Of a DNA stretch of 64,000 bases, positions 9,919 to 18,272 are shown one piece after another. The stretch covers positions 1-64,000 of IMG/VR virus record IMGVR_UViG_3300046678_000974; one strand, given 5' to 3'. Source of the stretch: a virus. Its lineage: Duplodnaviria > Caudoviricetes. Below the pieces are notes generated by a model, which was not told the DNA's origin, made no database searches, and saw only the letters and a program-made list of their open reading frames with translations. Numbering within the stretch: position 1 is the first letter of the stretch; every line of letters starts with the position of its first letter. A program made the translations under genes and the position numbers.

Positions 9919-10419
9919 ATGAAGAAGTTGCTTTTGTCGATGCTGTGTCTGTTGCCGATCGCGGCGCAGGCGAAGTCTGATCCCAATGAATGTGGCAAGA
10001 CGTTGGGCTGTGTGGTGGTCAACCAGTGGGACCCTTGGCACGGTTACAGTCAGATTCTGATGGTGCCGAAAGACCCGGCAGATGCGCCGCCCAATCGGCC
10101 ACGCCCGAGTTCGATTACCCGATCGCCCAATGATATGCGGCCAGAGCGTGGCACGGTGAAGCAGACTGACTTTGATAGTCCATTGGCACAACAGCTTGCT
10201 GGGATTAATCGGCAGCAGGAAGAACAGCGGCAGGTATCTGTCACGACGATGTGGTGTCAGAAGCGTCCTGATGGTAGTTACATCACTACACAGGAAGCGA
10301 TCCCGCCGGGTGTGCAATACTGGAAGGTGACCAATTTTGCGCCAAATGGCAAGACCAATATCGATAATTGGCGAGAGGGAACTTGCACGATTCATCCTTT
10401 AAGTCAACCTCCCCACTGA
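9919..10419 (+). CDS. secreted protein of unknown function sharing a 32-aa segment with the tape measure protein
   Basis: GGAGGT RBS; signal peptide MKKLLLSMLCLLPIAAQA with an A-X-A cleavage site; internal duplication described under findings. Confidence 0.7.
   Translation: MKKLLLSMLCLLPIAAQAKSDPNECGKTLGCVVVNQWDPWHGYSQILMVPKDPADAPPNRPRPSSITRSPNDMRPERGTVKQTDFDSPLAQQLAGINRQQEEQRQVSVTTMWCQKRPDGSYITTQEAIPPGVQYWKVTNFAPNGKTNIDNWREGTCTIHPLSQPPH
10114..10209 (+). repeat. 96-nt dispersed repeat, second copy at 12928-13023
   Basis: 89/96 nt identical, aligned by hand; all 7 differences fall at codon position 3. Confidence 0.95.
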
Positions 10420-10423
10420 GGGG

Positions 10424-10429
10424 TAAATA
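10424..10429 (+). promoter_or_regulatory. TAAATA box for tape measure gene
   Basis: Directly 5' of a terminator hairpin, so the predicted +1 falls inside the stem. Confidence 0.6.
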
Positions 10430-10431
10430 TT

Positions 10432-10455
10432 GGGAGGCGAAAGCCTTCCTTTTTT
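10432..10455 (+). terminator. intrinsic terminator
   Basis: GGGAGGC-GAAA-GCCTTCC followed by T6. Confidence 0.8.
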
Positions 10456-10467
10456 GTGAGTTGATGC

Positions 10468-13400
10468 ATGGCAATTGGTCAAGGTGGTAGTCTCGGCGGT
10501 CTGAATCTTCCCGTCGGTATTAATATCAATCTAACAGGTCAACAACAGTTGACCGATCTTGCTAAAGCGCTTGATGCGATCAATCAGATGATCGTTTTGA
10601 CCCAACGCAATTTCCAATCTCTTAGCAATACGATTCGCAACATGCCGACAATTCCGACTGGATTGAGTGGTGCATCAACCTCGGGTGCTACAGCGGCTAA
10701 TGTGACAGCCAATCGCAAATATCGCGATGAGCGAGGATTGGGTGAGTTCGAAGAGGCTAGTCGGAACAAGATACAGAGAACTTATGTAGCAGCCGGAAAG
10801 GAAAATGAGAGATTTGATGCTACCAAATATATCAATGAGCGTGGATTAGCTGAGTTCGAAGAAAGTAGTCGGAACAAGATACTAAGGAATGAGGAGCGCC
10901 TTCACAGAGAACATCAACGTGTCATTCAGGGAGAGATCGACGCACGTCAAAAATCTATAGATGGTTTCAAGAATGGCATCATGGGGGGTCTTGGTGTCAC
11001 GGCGGCTCTAGGTGTCTCTGAACTTGTCCGCACTGGCATCCATGCGGTTGGTAAGTTGGATGAACGTATCGCAGCAATGCGATTAACTGGTCATTCAGAG
11101 GAAGAGATCGACCGCACTAGGATGGCGGCGGCCCGAACTCCCGTGCATGGGGTCAACATGGCTGAACGACTGTTTTTGGGCCAAGAGATTTCTGGAATCT
11201 TAGGCAAGGAAGCATCAGCAGAGACGTCGCGCAATATCGCTATTTTGGCACGTTCTACCGCACGCATTACCGGTCAATCAGGTGATATTACAGGGGCAAC
11301 ACGCAATTTACTACGCGGTGCTGATGCGTTTGGAAATATCCACAATCCAAAAACTGGCCAACTTGATGAAGATTTGTTCAACAAGAACGCGCTAGCATTC
11401 CAGAAAATGATTGCTCTGGGTCAGGGGATTTTCACCCCACAAACCTTGATGCATAATGCTCGAATGGCGACACAGCCTTTACAGGCATTGGATATTGCTA
11501 ACAACCCTCGTGCTATGGCGCGATTTGCAGTATTGAATGAGAGCTTGGGCGAGAGAGCCGGTGAAACATTGAATAGTGTGTTTCGCGCTATGACTACACC
11601 GATGGAATTGAGTAAGAAAGGTGCGGGAATATTAGAACAACACGGTTTGCTTAACACAAGCAATATCATGGCAACCCCTAATCTTCAGGGTGGTAACGCC
11701 AGATTGTTCCTACAAGATGCAATTAAAGGCAACGGTAATTTCCTTGATAAAGCTATTGAAGTTGCTCAAAAGCTTACGCAGGATACCAAAAGACTACATC
11801 CTGAGTTTACAGAAAATAAGATTGCCGAAGAGGTTGGTGGTCTTATCAATACAGTATTTGGCGGTCAAGGTGGTGGAGTTCGTTTTGGTCGTGCCATGGC
11901 TGATCTTGCCACTCCAACAGGGATAGACAAAACAGAAAGATTTGAACGGCGAGCCGCCATACTTGGCAACAATGCGGATGATATCGATCGGGCCAGTCGT
12001 AATTTCAATGATAGTCTGATGGCGGTGAAAGCCTCTTTTGAAGATTTGGTTGGTTCATTTGCTAAGGTTGGTGGTCTGACCAATGCGTTGTATGGCTTTG
12101 CTGACGCAATGTCGCGGATGGCATTATTTCTCAATGAACATCCAAAGATCGCCCAATTTGCTTCTGACATTGCATTGGTCATTGCTGCATTGTTGGGACT
12201 GCGTCTGGCCATTGCTGCCTTGGTTCGTCTACCGGGGCTGGCGCGGTTTGCGATTGGATCGACATTTGCTGGTGCAACGGCAGGTTCTGTGGCGGCCTCG
12301 ACAGCAGCAGGTACAGCCGCAACGGTTGCAGGCGGGGCTGCTTTGGGTGCGCGTGTAGCTGGCAGTGGCGCCGGTGCGATTGGTTCGGCGTCGGCTGAAG
12401 CAGCTTTGGCGGGGGCTAGCGGGGGCCTATTGGCTCGTGGCGCGAACGCTGCACAAGGCATTAAAGCGGCTGGCATGGGTGGCGTGGTCAATCGTGGTCT
12501 GATGGGTTTCTTGATCACTGGGGTTGCTTCAGCGGCAGTGGACGGCATCACAGATGAGAACTCTGGTACCAATGAATTAATGAAGAATGCCTTGGAAGGT
12601 GCTGGTATCGGTTATGCTGTAGGTGGTCTGTGGGGTGCATTGATCGGTGCTTTAGCTGATGTCACTTTGAAAGCAGCGCATAAAGGTCTGACCAAGAGCA
12701 TGATCGAGAAAGACGATTATGCCAAACAGCATCCCGATGAAACCTTTGTCGATCCGATTAGTGGCATCGCCGTCACCGGTTTGAAGAACCGTGACGTGCA
12801 TCCACCGGCACCATTCAATCAAGCGGACGAGGATGTCCGCGAACACGCAGTACAAAATCGTATTGCAGGAACAACAGAGACGACTACCGCTGTTAGCGCT
12901 CGGGTGAATGCACCTCGTGTCTCGCGGATCACCCGATCACCCAATGATATGCGGCCAGAGCGTGGCACAGTGAAGCAGACTGATTTTGATAGTCCATTGG
13001 CACATCAGCTTGCTGGTATCAATCAAACCCAACAGCAACAGCAGACGGCCAATGCCTTCCGTCAACAGGGCATCACGCCACAGACAATTCCAATGCCTGC
13101 TGGTGTATCAGAGATACCCGGTGTGGGCAAGCCGACAGGGCCGCTTATCCCCGCGATCAAGATCGATACCATGAACGTGGACACCTTGAATGTAAGGATG
13201 TTTGGTAGCACAGGTGGTGGGGCTGGTGCAGGAAAAGGCGGAGGTGGTGGTGGTGTTTCAAGTGGAGCACCAATTGATGCTCAGAAAAATGGTACAGGTA
13301 TTGCGCTTACTTCGGCACAAGGAGGATTGGCTGGACATACGATTGGTGGCAATTTGCCTGCCGGAGGATTTCATGGCGGTGGTCATAGTGGCGTTATGTC

Positions 13401-14181
13401 ACCAGCCACTGGGGGCGTTGGTTCGATTCCCACATCAAATGCGCCTGTCAAGCCACTATCCACTGCCGAACAGAAAAGATTGCAAAACGAATCGATGCAA
13501 TTTTGGCAGACAGAAGGAGGTTTGAATAAACACCGAGCGGCTGGTATGACCGCACAGGAACGCGCTGAATCTGGATTTAATAAGAATGCGATTGGCGATA
13601 GTGGTTTAGCCAGAGGTTCTTTCCAATGGCATCCGGATCGGCAAAGGGCCATTCTGGCTGGCACCGGTATCGATGTGACCAGTCCGAATACAACTCATCT
13701 CCAAATGCTGCAAGCAGCGCATTGGGAAATGACAAAAGGTAAGGAACAAAAAGCATGGGCTGAAATTAATAAGACGAACACAGCACGGGAATCGGGCGCG
13801 GCAGGTTCGTTGTTCTACGAACGTCCGAGAGATCGGATTGGTGAGGCTAGTCGGCGTGGTGCTTTGGCGACATCGATTGAAAACGAGACACCGAATATGG
13901 GGGCACCATTAGGTCTCGGTGCGACAACACCCATGGATCGAGATAAAGCGATGTCTTCGCCCAATATCCAAGGCCCACGAGTCAATCCTGAACAAGGTGA
14001 TGTACCCGCGAACAATATGCATTTGACAATCCATAGTCCTAACTACTTGGATGGCGAACGTATCAGCGAGCATGTGGCGCATCATATCATTGGTGGTGGC
14101 CCTACTGCGATGGGTGGTTCGACGGCGTTTGATCCCAGAATGCATCCGATGGGGCCGGGAGCCTCGATTGGTAGGTTCTAA
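10468..14181 (+). CDS. tape measure protein with C-terminal phage-tail-lysozyme domain
   Basis: 1237 aa with an Ala/Gly-rich helical core and a hydrophobic stretch. The C-terminal AAGMTAQERAESGFNKNAIGDSGLARGSFQWHPDRQ fits phage tail lysozyme. Confidence 0.9.
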   Translation: MAIGQGGSLGGLNLPVGININLTGQQQLTDLAKALDAINQMIVLTQRNFQSLSNTIRNMPTIPTGLSGASTSGATAANVTANRKYRDERGLGEFEEASRNKIQRTYVAAGKENERFDATKYINERGLAEFEESSRNKILRNEERLHREHQRVIQGEIDARQKSIDGFKNGIMGGLGVTAALGVSELVRTGIHAVGKLDERIAAMRLTGHSEEEIDRTRMAAARTPVHGVNMAERLFLGQEISGILGKEASAETSRNIAILARSTARITGQSGDITGATRNLLRGADAFGNIHNPKTGQLDEDLFNKNALAFQKMIALGQGIFTPQTLMHNARMATQPLQALDIANNPRAMARFAVLNESLGERAGETLNSVFRAMTTPMELSKKGAGILEQHGLLNTSNIMATPNLQGGNARLFLQDAIKGNGNFLDKAIEVAQKLTQDTKRLHPEFTENKIAEEVGGLINTVFGGQGGGVRFGRAMADLATPTGIDKTERFERRAAILGNNADDIDRASRNFNDSLMAVKASFEDLVGSFAKVGGLTNALYGFADAMSRMALFLNEHPKIAQFASDIALVIAALLGLRLAIAALVRLPGLARFAIGSTFAGATAGSVAASTAAGTAATVAGGAALGARVAGSGAGAIGSASAEAALAGASGGLLARGANAAQGIKAAGMGGVVNRGLMGFLITGVASAAVDGITDENSGTNELMKNALEGAGIGYAVGGLWGALIGALADVTLKAAHKGLTKSMIEKDDYAKQHPDETFVDPISGIAVTGLKNRDVHPPAPFNQADEDVREHAVQNRIAGTTETTTAVSARVNAPRVSRITRSPNDMRPERGTVKQTDFDSPLAHQLAGINQTQQQQQTANAFRQQGITPQTIPMPAGVSEIPGVGKPTGPLIPAIKIDTMNVDTLNVRMFGSTGGGAGAGKGGGGGGVSSGAPIDAQKNGTGIALTSAQGGLAGHTIGGNLPAGGFHGGGHSGVMSPATGGVGSIPTSNAPVKPLSTAEQKRLQNESMQFWQTEGGLNKHRAAGMTAQERAESGFNKNAIGDSGLARGSFQWHPDRQRAILAGTGIDVTSPNTTHLQMLQAAHWEMTKGKEQKAWAEINKTNTARESGAAGSLFYERPRDRIGEASRRGALATSIENETPNMGAPLGLGATTPMDRDKAMSSPNIQGPRVNPEQGDVPANNMHLTIHSPNYLDGERISEHVAHHIIGGGPTAMGGSTAFDPRMHPMGPGASIGRF

Positions 14182-14188
14182 ATAATCG

Positions 14189-14668
14189 ATGCCCCTCGTA
14201 ACATCCCAACCCGATCCGATTCTGGTGATCACTGGACCATCGGGTAGTATCACCTTCGGTGGCTTTGAAATCCCAGAGTTCATTCATGTGGGTGGGCCAT
14301 TTCGGGCAATCGTTCATAAGCAGCCGGGTGGCACAAGACAGATCGATTCGATGGGACCTGATCCTGATCCGATCAAATGGGATGGAATATTCCTCTCGGC
14401 TGATGGCTATACACGCGCCCGTGCTTTGTATGCCATGTATGAAGCTGGTGATAAGGTCACAGTGAAATGGACTGGTTGGTCGCGGGATTGTGTAATCACT
14501 CACTTCACGTTACGTTATAAAGCAAATAATTATGTTGAATATGCCATCGAATTGACCGAAGTGACTGTCATTCCAACCGGCGTGTTGATCGGTGTTGATC
14601 AATCGACTCTTCAAGGATTGCTGAAAGGTGCAAGCAATGTACCAAGCGGTGGTGGTGGTCTGGGATGA
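14189..14668 (+). CDS. tail tube initiator / P2 gpU-like protein
   Basis: Follows the tape measure; FEIPEFI..GG..R.IVHKQPGG.RQIDSMGPD pattern. TAAATA at 14179 lies 4 nt before the ATG. Confidence 0.7.
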   Translation: MPLVTSQPDPILVITGPSGSITFGGFEIPEFIHVGGPFRAIVHKQPGGTRQIDSMGPDPDPIKWDGIFLSADGYTRARALYAMYEAGDKVTVKWTGWSRDCVITHFTLRYKANNYVEYAIELTEVTVIPTGVLIGVDQSTLQGLLKGASNVPSGGGGLG

Positions 14669-15906
14669 GTGGTAGTGCCAATGATTTTGCTCAACATAGC
14701 GATGTTTGGCGGCCTCGGTATCGTGTGCTCATCGGCAAAGGTGGTGTGCGGGCGCCGGGTGATGTAGCTGATATCGATGTTACTGCGATCACCCTATCGG
14801 TGATGACACAAAAACAGAACTGGTATCAGGCTGATCGCCATAAAATTGTTTTGAGTTTGTGGGAGCAGCGTCAGTTTGGCTATTTCTTCTGGGCTGATTT
14901 CATCTCAATGTCGGTACTTGTGGAGATAGGTTTCGAGAAAAACTTGACAACGGAAATGACTGAAGTGTTTCGTGGTTTTGTTGATAAAATAGCCATTGAC
15001 GCAGTACGTGGTACGGTGACCTTGACAGGTCGTAATACCTTTCTGTTACTGACTGATGGTAAGGAAATCAGCTTCGATACCAACGCCACTATCAAAGAGA
15101 TCATTGAACGGGTGGCTAAGGAAACCAAAATCGAAGTCGATACCAGTCAAGTGAAAAAAGTTGACCTCGGTACAATGAAGGGTCGCTTCTGGCCAACCAA
15201 TGAAGAAAAGGTGGATGGGCGGGATGGTCATAATGCTACGATGAACCCCAATGATATCTACTCGCAAATCTCGCGGGAGTACGGTGTGTTCTATTATGAA
15301 GATGGGGGCACCGTGTTTTTCAAGGACAATGATCTAGAGGGCACCGTTGGGTTTGTTGCGGTGGCACCTCAAGGCATCTATGAGGAACCGAGTGTTACTA
15401 AGCTGACAGCATCCAATTGTACCTCATTGGAGATTGAGCATAATCTGAATATCAGTCAATGGGACTGGTATGTGAATGCCACCAACTATGATCATGCTGG
15501 CGAAGCAGACGGCAATCGCGCCCTGTATCCTGAAGGTAACAAAGATTCGCCTTTTGGGCGAGCGCATTATGCGCAGTCAGCTAATCGCCATCACGATGAC
15601 AATGTAAAACTGGCAAAATCGCAATTTGAAGAGTTCACGCTGCACGAATGGAGTCTGACAGCCAAATGTTCAGGCCCACAGATACTTGGATTAAAACTGA
15701 ATAATCTGCTCAACATCGAAGGTACTGGTACCATCATTGATGGAGATTATGTGATTGATTCAATTGAACACCAACTTGATTTTCAACGTGGCTATGTTGG
15801 TACCGTGAAGGGTCGCTGGGGGGCTGGCATTGCTGGTCAGACTGGCGCGGGATTATCTGGGCCATCTGGCATTGGTGCTGATGTTCCTGGTGGAGCACCA
15901 ACATAA
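14665..15906 (+). CDS. baseplate hub protein (gpD-like)
   Basis: Size and position before the spike; ATGA overlap; YVIDSIEHQLDFQRGY C-terminal pattern. Confidence 0.7.
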   Translation: MSGSANDFAQHSDVWRPRYRVLIGKGGVRAPGDVADIDVTAITLSVMTQKQNWYQADRHKIVLSLWEQRQFGYFFWADFISMSVLVEIGFEKNLTTEMTEVFRGFVDKIAIDAVRGTVTLTGRNTFLLLTDGKEISFDTNATIKEIIERVAKETKIEVDTSQVKKVDLGTMKGRFWPTNEEKVDGRDGHNATMNPNDIYSQISREYGVFYYEDGGTVFFKDNDLEGTVGFVAVAPQGIYEEPSVTKLTASNCTSLEIEHNLNISQWDWYVNATNYDHAGEADGNRALYPEGNKDSPFGRAHYAQSANRHHDDNVKLAKSQFEEFTLHEWSLTAKCSGPQILGLKLNNLLNIEGTGTIIDGDYVIDSIEHQLDFQRGYVGTVKGRWGAGIAGQTGAGLSGPSGIGADVPGGAPT

Positions 15907-16625
15907 TGGCATTCGTTTCCGATCAGATCATCAATATGGTCAAACTTCATTCCAGTAAGATCAATGAATCTTATGGCTCGGTGAAGTATGCTCGTCTGAA
16001 AGAATATGATCCTGAACATTGTATCGCTAAAGTTGCATGGTACGATCCCAATGAAGACAATTATGAAAAACTGATCTCTGGGTGGCTGCCGATCATTGTA
16101 CCATTCATCGGTAAAGGTGATGATACGCAAGCTGATGGTGGCGAGGCATGGGGATTTGTTGCACCGCCTAATATCGGCCAGCCAGTGGTTGTGCTTAGCC
16201 AACATGGTGATTTCAATAATGGTTTGATCATCGGTGGTAGCTATTCGAGCAAATCACCGGTACCTAAAGTTGATGGCAAAGCGACTGAGGATGGTGAGTT
16301 CCTCATCATGCACAAAAAAGGTAGCTACATCAAACTTTGGAATGATGGCGATATCTCTATATTCACAAAGCATGATTTGAACTTACACATTGATCATAAT
16401 GGTAATGTCCATATCCTCGGTGATCTCAATGCAGCCATAGATGGCCAAGTGGCAGTAGCAGGCGGCAAATCAGTGTTAATCTCAGCCAAATCACAAATCG
16501 CTCTGGATGCTCCAGTGGTCAATGTCAGCAAAACACTCACCGTTGGTAATGGAGCAACCGGACAATTTGAGACTAACGGAACTGTCGTGACCGTGGAGAA
16601 CGGCATCGTGACCAATATAATCTAG
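15906..16625 (+). CDS. baseplate central spike (gpV/gp5-like)
   Basis: OB-fold SGWLPI...PNIGQPVVV, beta-helix region, terminal GTVVTVENGIVTNII. Confidence 0.85.
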   Translation: MAFVSDQIINMVKLHSSKINESYGSVKYARLKEYDPEHCIAKVAWYDPNEDNYEKLISGWLPIIVPFIGKGDDTQADGGEAWGFVAPPNIGQPVVVLSQHGDFNNGLIIGGSYSSKSPVPKVDGKATEDGEFLIMHKKGSYIKLWNDGDISIFTKHDLNLHIDHNGNVHILGDLNAAIDGQVAVAGGKSVLISAKSQIALDAPVVNVSKTLTVGNGATGQFETNGTVVTVENGIVTNII

Positions 16626-16635
16626 GATAAGAACT

Positions 16636-17193
16636 ATGCCTCTCATTCAAGCCGATCAAACAGCCATTGCAAACGTCAGTGGCGGCCTCTGTAACCTGCA
16701 TCTCGATGCAAGTTTCGGCCTATCAGCAATCCTTAATCTCGTCCATTTTCAGAACTTTCATAGTGCCATCAGCAATGCTACATGCTGTGATCTAGTCACA
16801 TTGATCCCACAATCACTGAATACCATCTTGTCTGAGATCAATGGCATTCTAGCCAATATCGATTCAATTGTACCAATGACCGGTTTACTCCATGTCCCCA
16901 CCAACTTGATTGGTGTGATCAAATGGATCGCCAGTTTCGTTCAAATATTCATTGGACCATTCCTTGTAGCATTGCTAAAGAAAATTGCAATGTTAGGTGG
17001 TGTCATTGGTGAAGTAACTACATTGGCCGGTGCGATTGAACATGCTCTATCCGATCTGGGTGGATGCGCCGAATCCTTCTTGCCGAAGGTGAGTCTGAAT
17101 GTTGCGCCTCTCAATGTCACCCTACCGGGCGGACAGACCATCGGACATAATGGCTTCAATCTTAACATCGCAGGAACACAGGCAACAACCTAA
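16636..17193 (+). CDS. hypothetical protein, hydrophobic, after the spike
   Basis: Tightly packed ORF with RBS-like GGATAAG. Confidence 0.6.
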   Translation: MPLIQADQTAIANVSGGLCNLHLDASFGLSAILNLVHFQNFHSAISNATCCDLVTLIPQSLNTILSEINGILANIDSIVPMTGLLHVPTNLIGVIKWIASFVQIFIGPFLVALLKKIAMLGGVIGEVTTLAGAIEHALSDLGGCAESFLPKVSLNVAPLNVTLPGGQTIGHNGFNLNIAGTQATT

Positions 17194-17480
17194 TGAGCAG
17201 TACAGTCCCTCCATCAGTAGATGTCATCCAATCGCAACAGATTGCCACCCTAATCGCACAGACTGCTGCGCTACAAACGGCGGTAGCATCTGCCACAGCA
17301 TCAGCATCTGAGATAGCAGCTTTATCTGCCAAAATCGACGCATTACAAAGTCAAGTCGATGATATCAATCATCAATTGGACGTGGGACCACCGAAGTTCG
17401 GTGTGTGGGAGATATCAGGGGCTGGTGATTCCGTAGGAGAGATCAATTCAGTGATTGATAATATTCTAAAACAACCTTGA
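17193..17480 (+). CDS. hypothetical coiled-coil protein
   Basis: TAATG overlap with the previous gene; heptad pattern. Confidence 0.6.
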   Translation: MSSTVPPSVDVIQSQQIATLIAQTAALQTAVASATASASEIAALSAKIDALQSQVDDINHQLDVGPPKFGVWEISGAGDSVGEINSVIDNILKQP

Positions 17481-17536
17481 TTTATAATTATGGCATCACC
17501 CAAATTAGCACTAAATGCCACTGACTAAGGTACATC

Positions 17537-17788
17537 ATGATCACGCAAGAAGTCTATGAGCAGACCTCAATCAATGCACTATCCAAGATTAGAGCAATAT
17601 TGCATCAGGCTGAACAAGTTCATCCCGACATCCCCATGTCGATAATGGTCTCGCTATTGGCTGACGTATCCTTGTTGAATGAATCGCCTGAGACATTCGA
17701 GGAAGAACTGCTAAACTCAATTAGACAATGTCGAACATTGCGATATGATATGATCTGTAATGAGGCTAGCTCATCAATTCATCATTGA
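17537..17788 (+). CDS. small helical hypothetical protein
   Basis: AAGG RBS; amphipathic helices. Confidence 0.55.
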   Translation: MITQEVYEQTSINALSKIRAILHQAEQVHPDIPMSIMVSLLADVSLLNESPETFEEELLNSIRQCRTLRYDMICNEASSSIHH

Positions 17789-17945
17789 GTCGATCGCAGC
17801 CATACTGCCCTCGCACTATGCAAGGACCAAAATGGACACCGCTTACGCCGGGTAGGATTGCCAATCTCTGGATTCTTACGCAAACAACGGAAAAACAGCT
17901 TCATTGCTGAAGGACGTCTCCGAACAAACGGCGGCAACGGATAGA

Positions 17946-18272
17946 TCATAGCTCAGCGACTGGTAACAATACCGTTCGTTGAATGACGGCACCCACATTG
18001 GTGACGACCGTATAGACTATCTCATAAACTTGGCCATCCACACCGCCATTGATATAGGCGGAGAGTATCGTTGGCAACACACGATTGCCACTGATCACTG
18101 GTGTTTCGATGGTCAGATCAGAATTGTCACAAGTCACGGTAAAGCTGGTGATGGTCTGCGCATGAGGCTGTGAGACATTGCGTTGGAACTCTTGCGCCAA
18201 GCCGAAGTCGAACCCAAAGGATCGCCGCTCGCTTGGAGTTTTTCCTATAAACAAATAAGGGACAGCCGTCAT
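17946..18272 (-). CDS. phage fibre/tail adaptor-like virion protein
   Basis: KTPSERRSFGFDF...INGGVDGQVYEIVYTVVTN.G..IQRTVLLPV resembles gp77-type adaptors; ATGA-coupled to the upstream gene. Confidence 0.6.
   Translation of the reverse strand: MTAVPYLFIGKTPSERRSFGFDFGLAQEFQRNVSQPHAQTITSFTVTCDNSDLTIETPVISGNRVLPTILSAYINGGVDGQVYEIVYTVVTNVGAVIQRTVLLPVAEL

Noticed and set aside
9450-10022. 190-aa minus-strand ORF, and similar shadows (9757-10395, 11865-12572, 41539-42312, 55377-55982, 37466-37954)
   Set aside because: Antisense or off-frame to well-supported genes, with no RBS and no recognisable motifs.
10114-13023. Diversity-generating retroelement template/variable repeat pair
   Set aside because: Differences are not adenine-specific (T/C, G/A, C/T, A/T, G/T), are almost all synonymous, both copies are in genes, and no reverse transcriptase is visible.
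6630-16625. Extracellular contractile injection system, tailocin or GTA
   Set aside because: Capsid, scaffold, terminase, neck proteins and a long tape measure indicate a complete phage.
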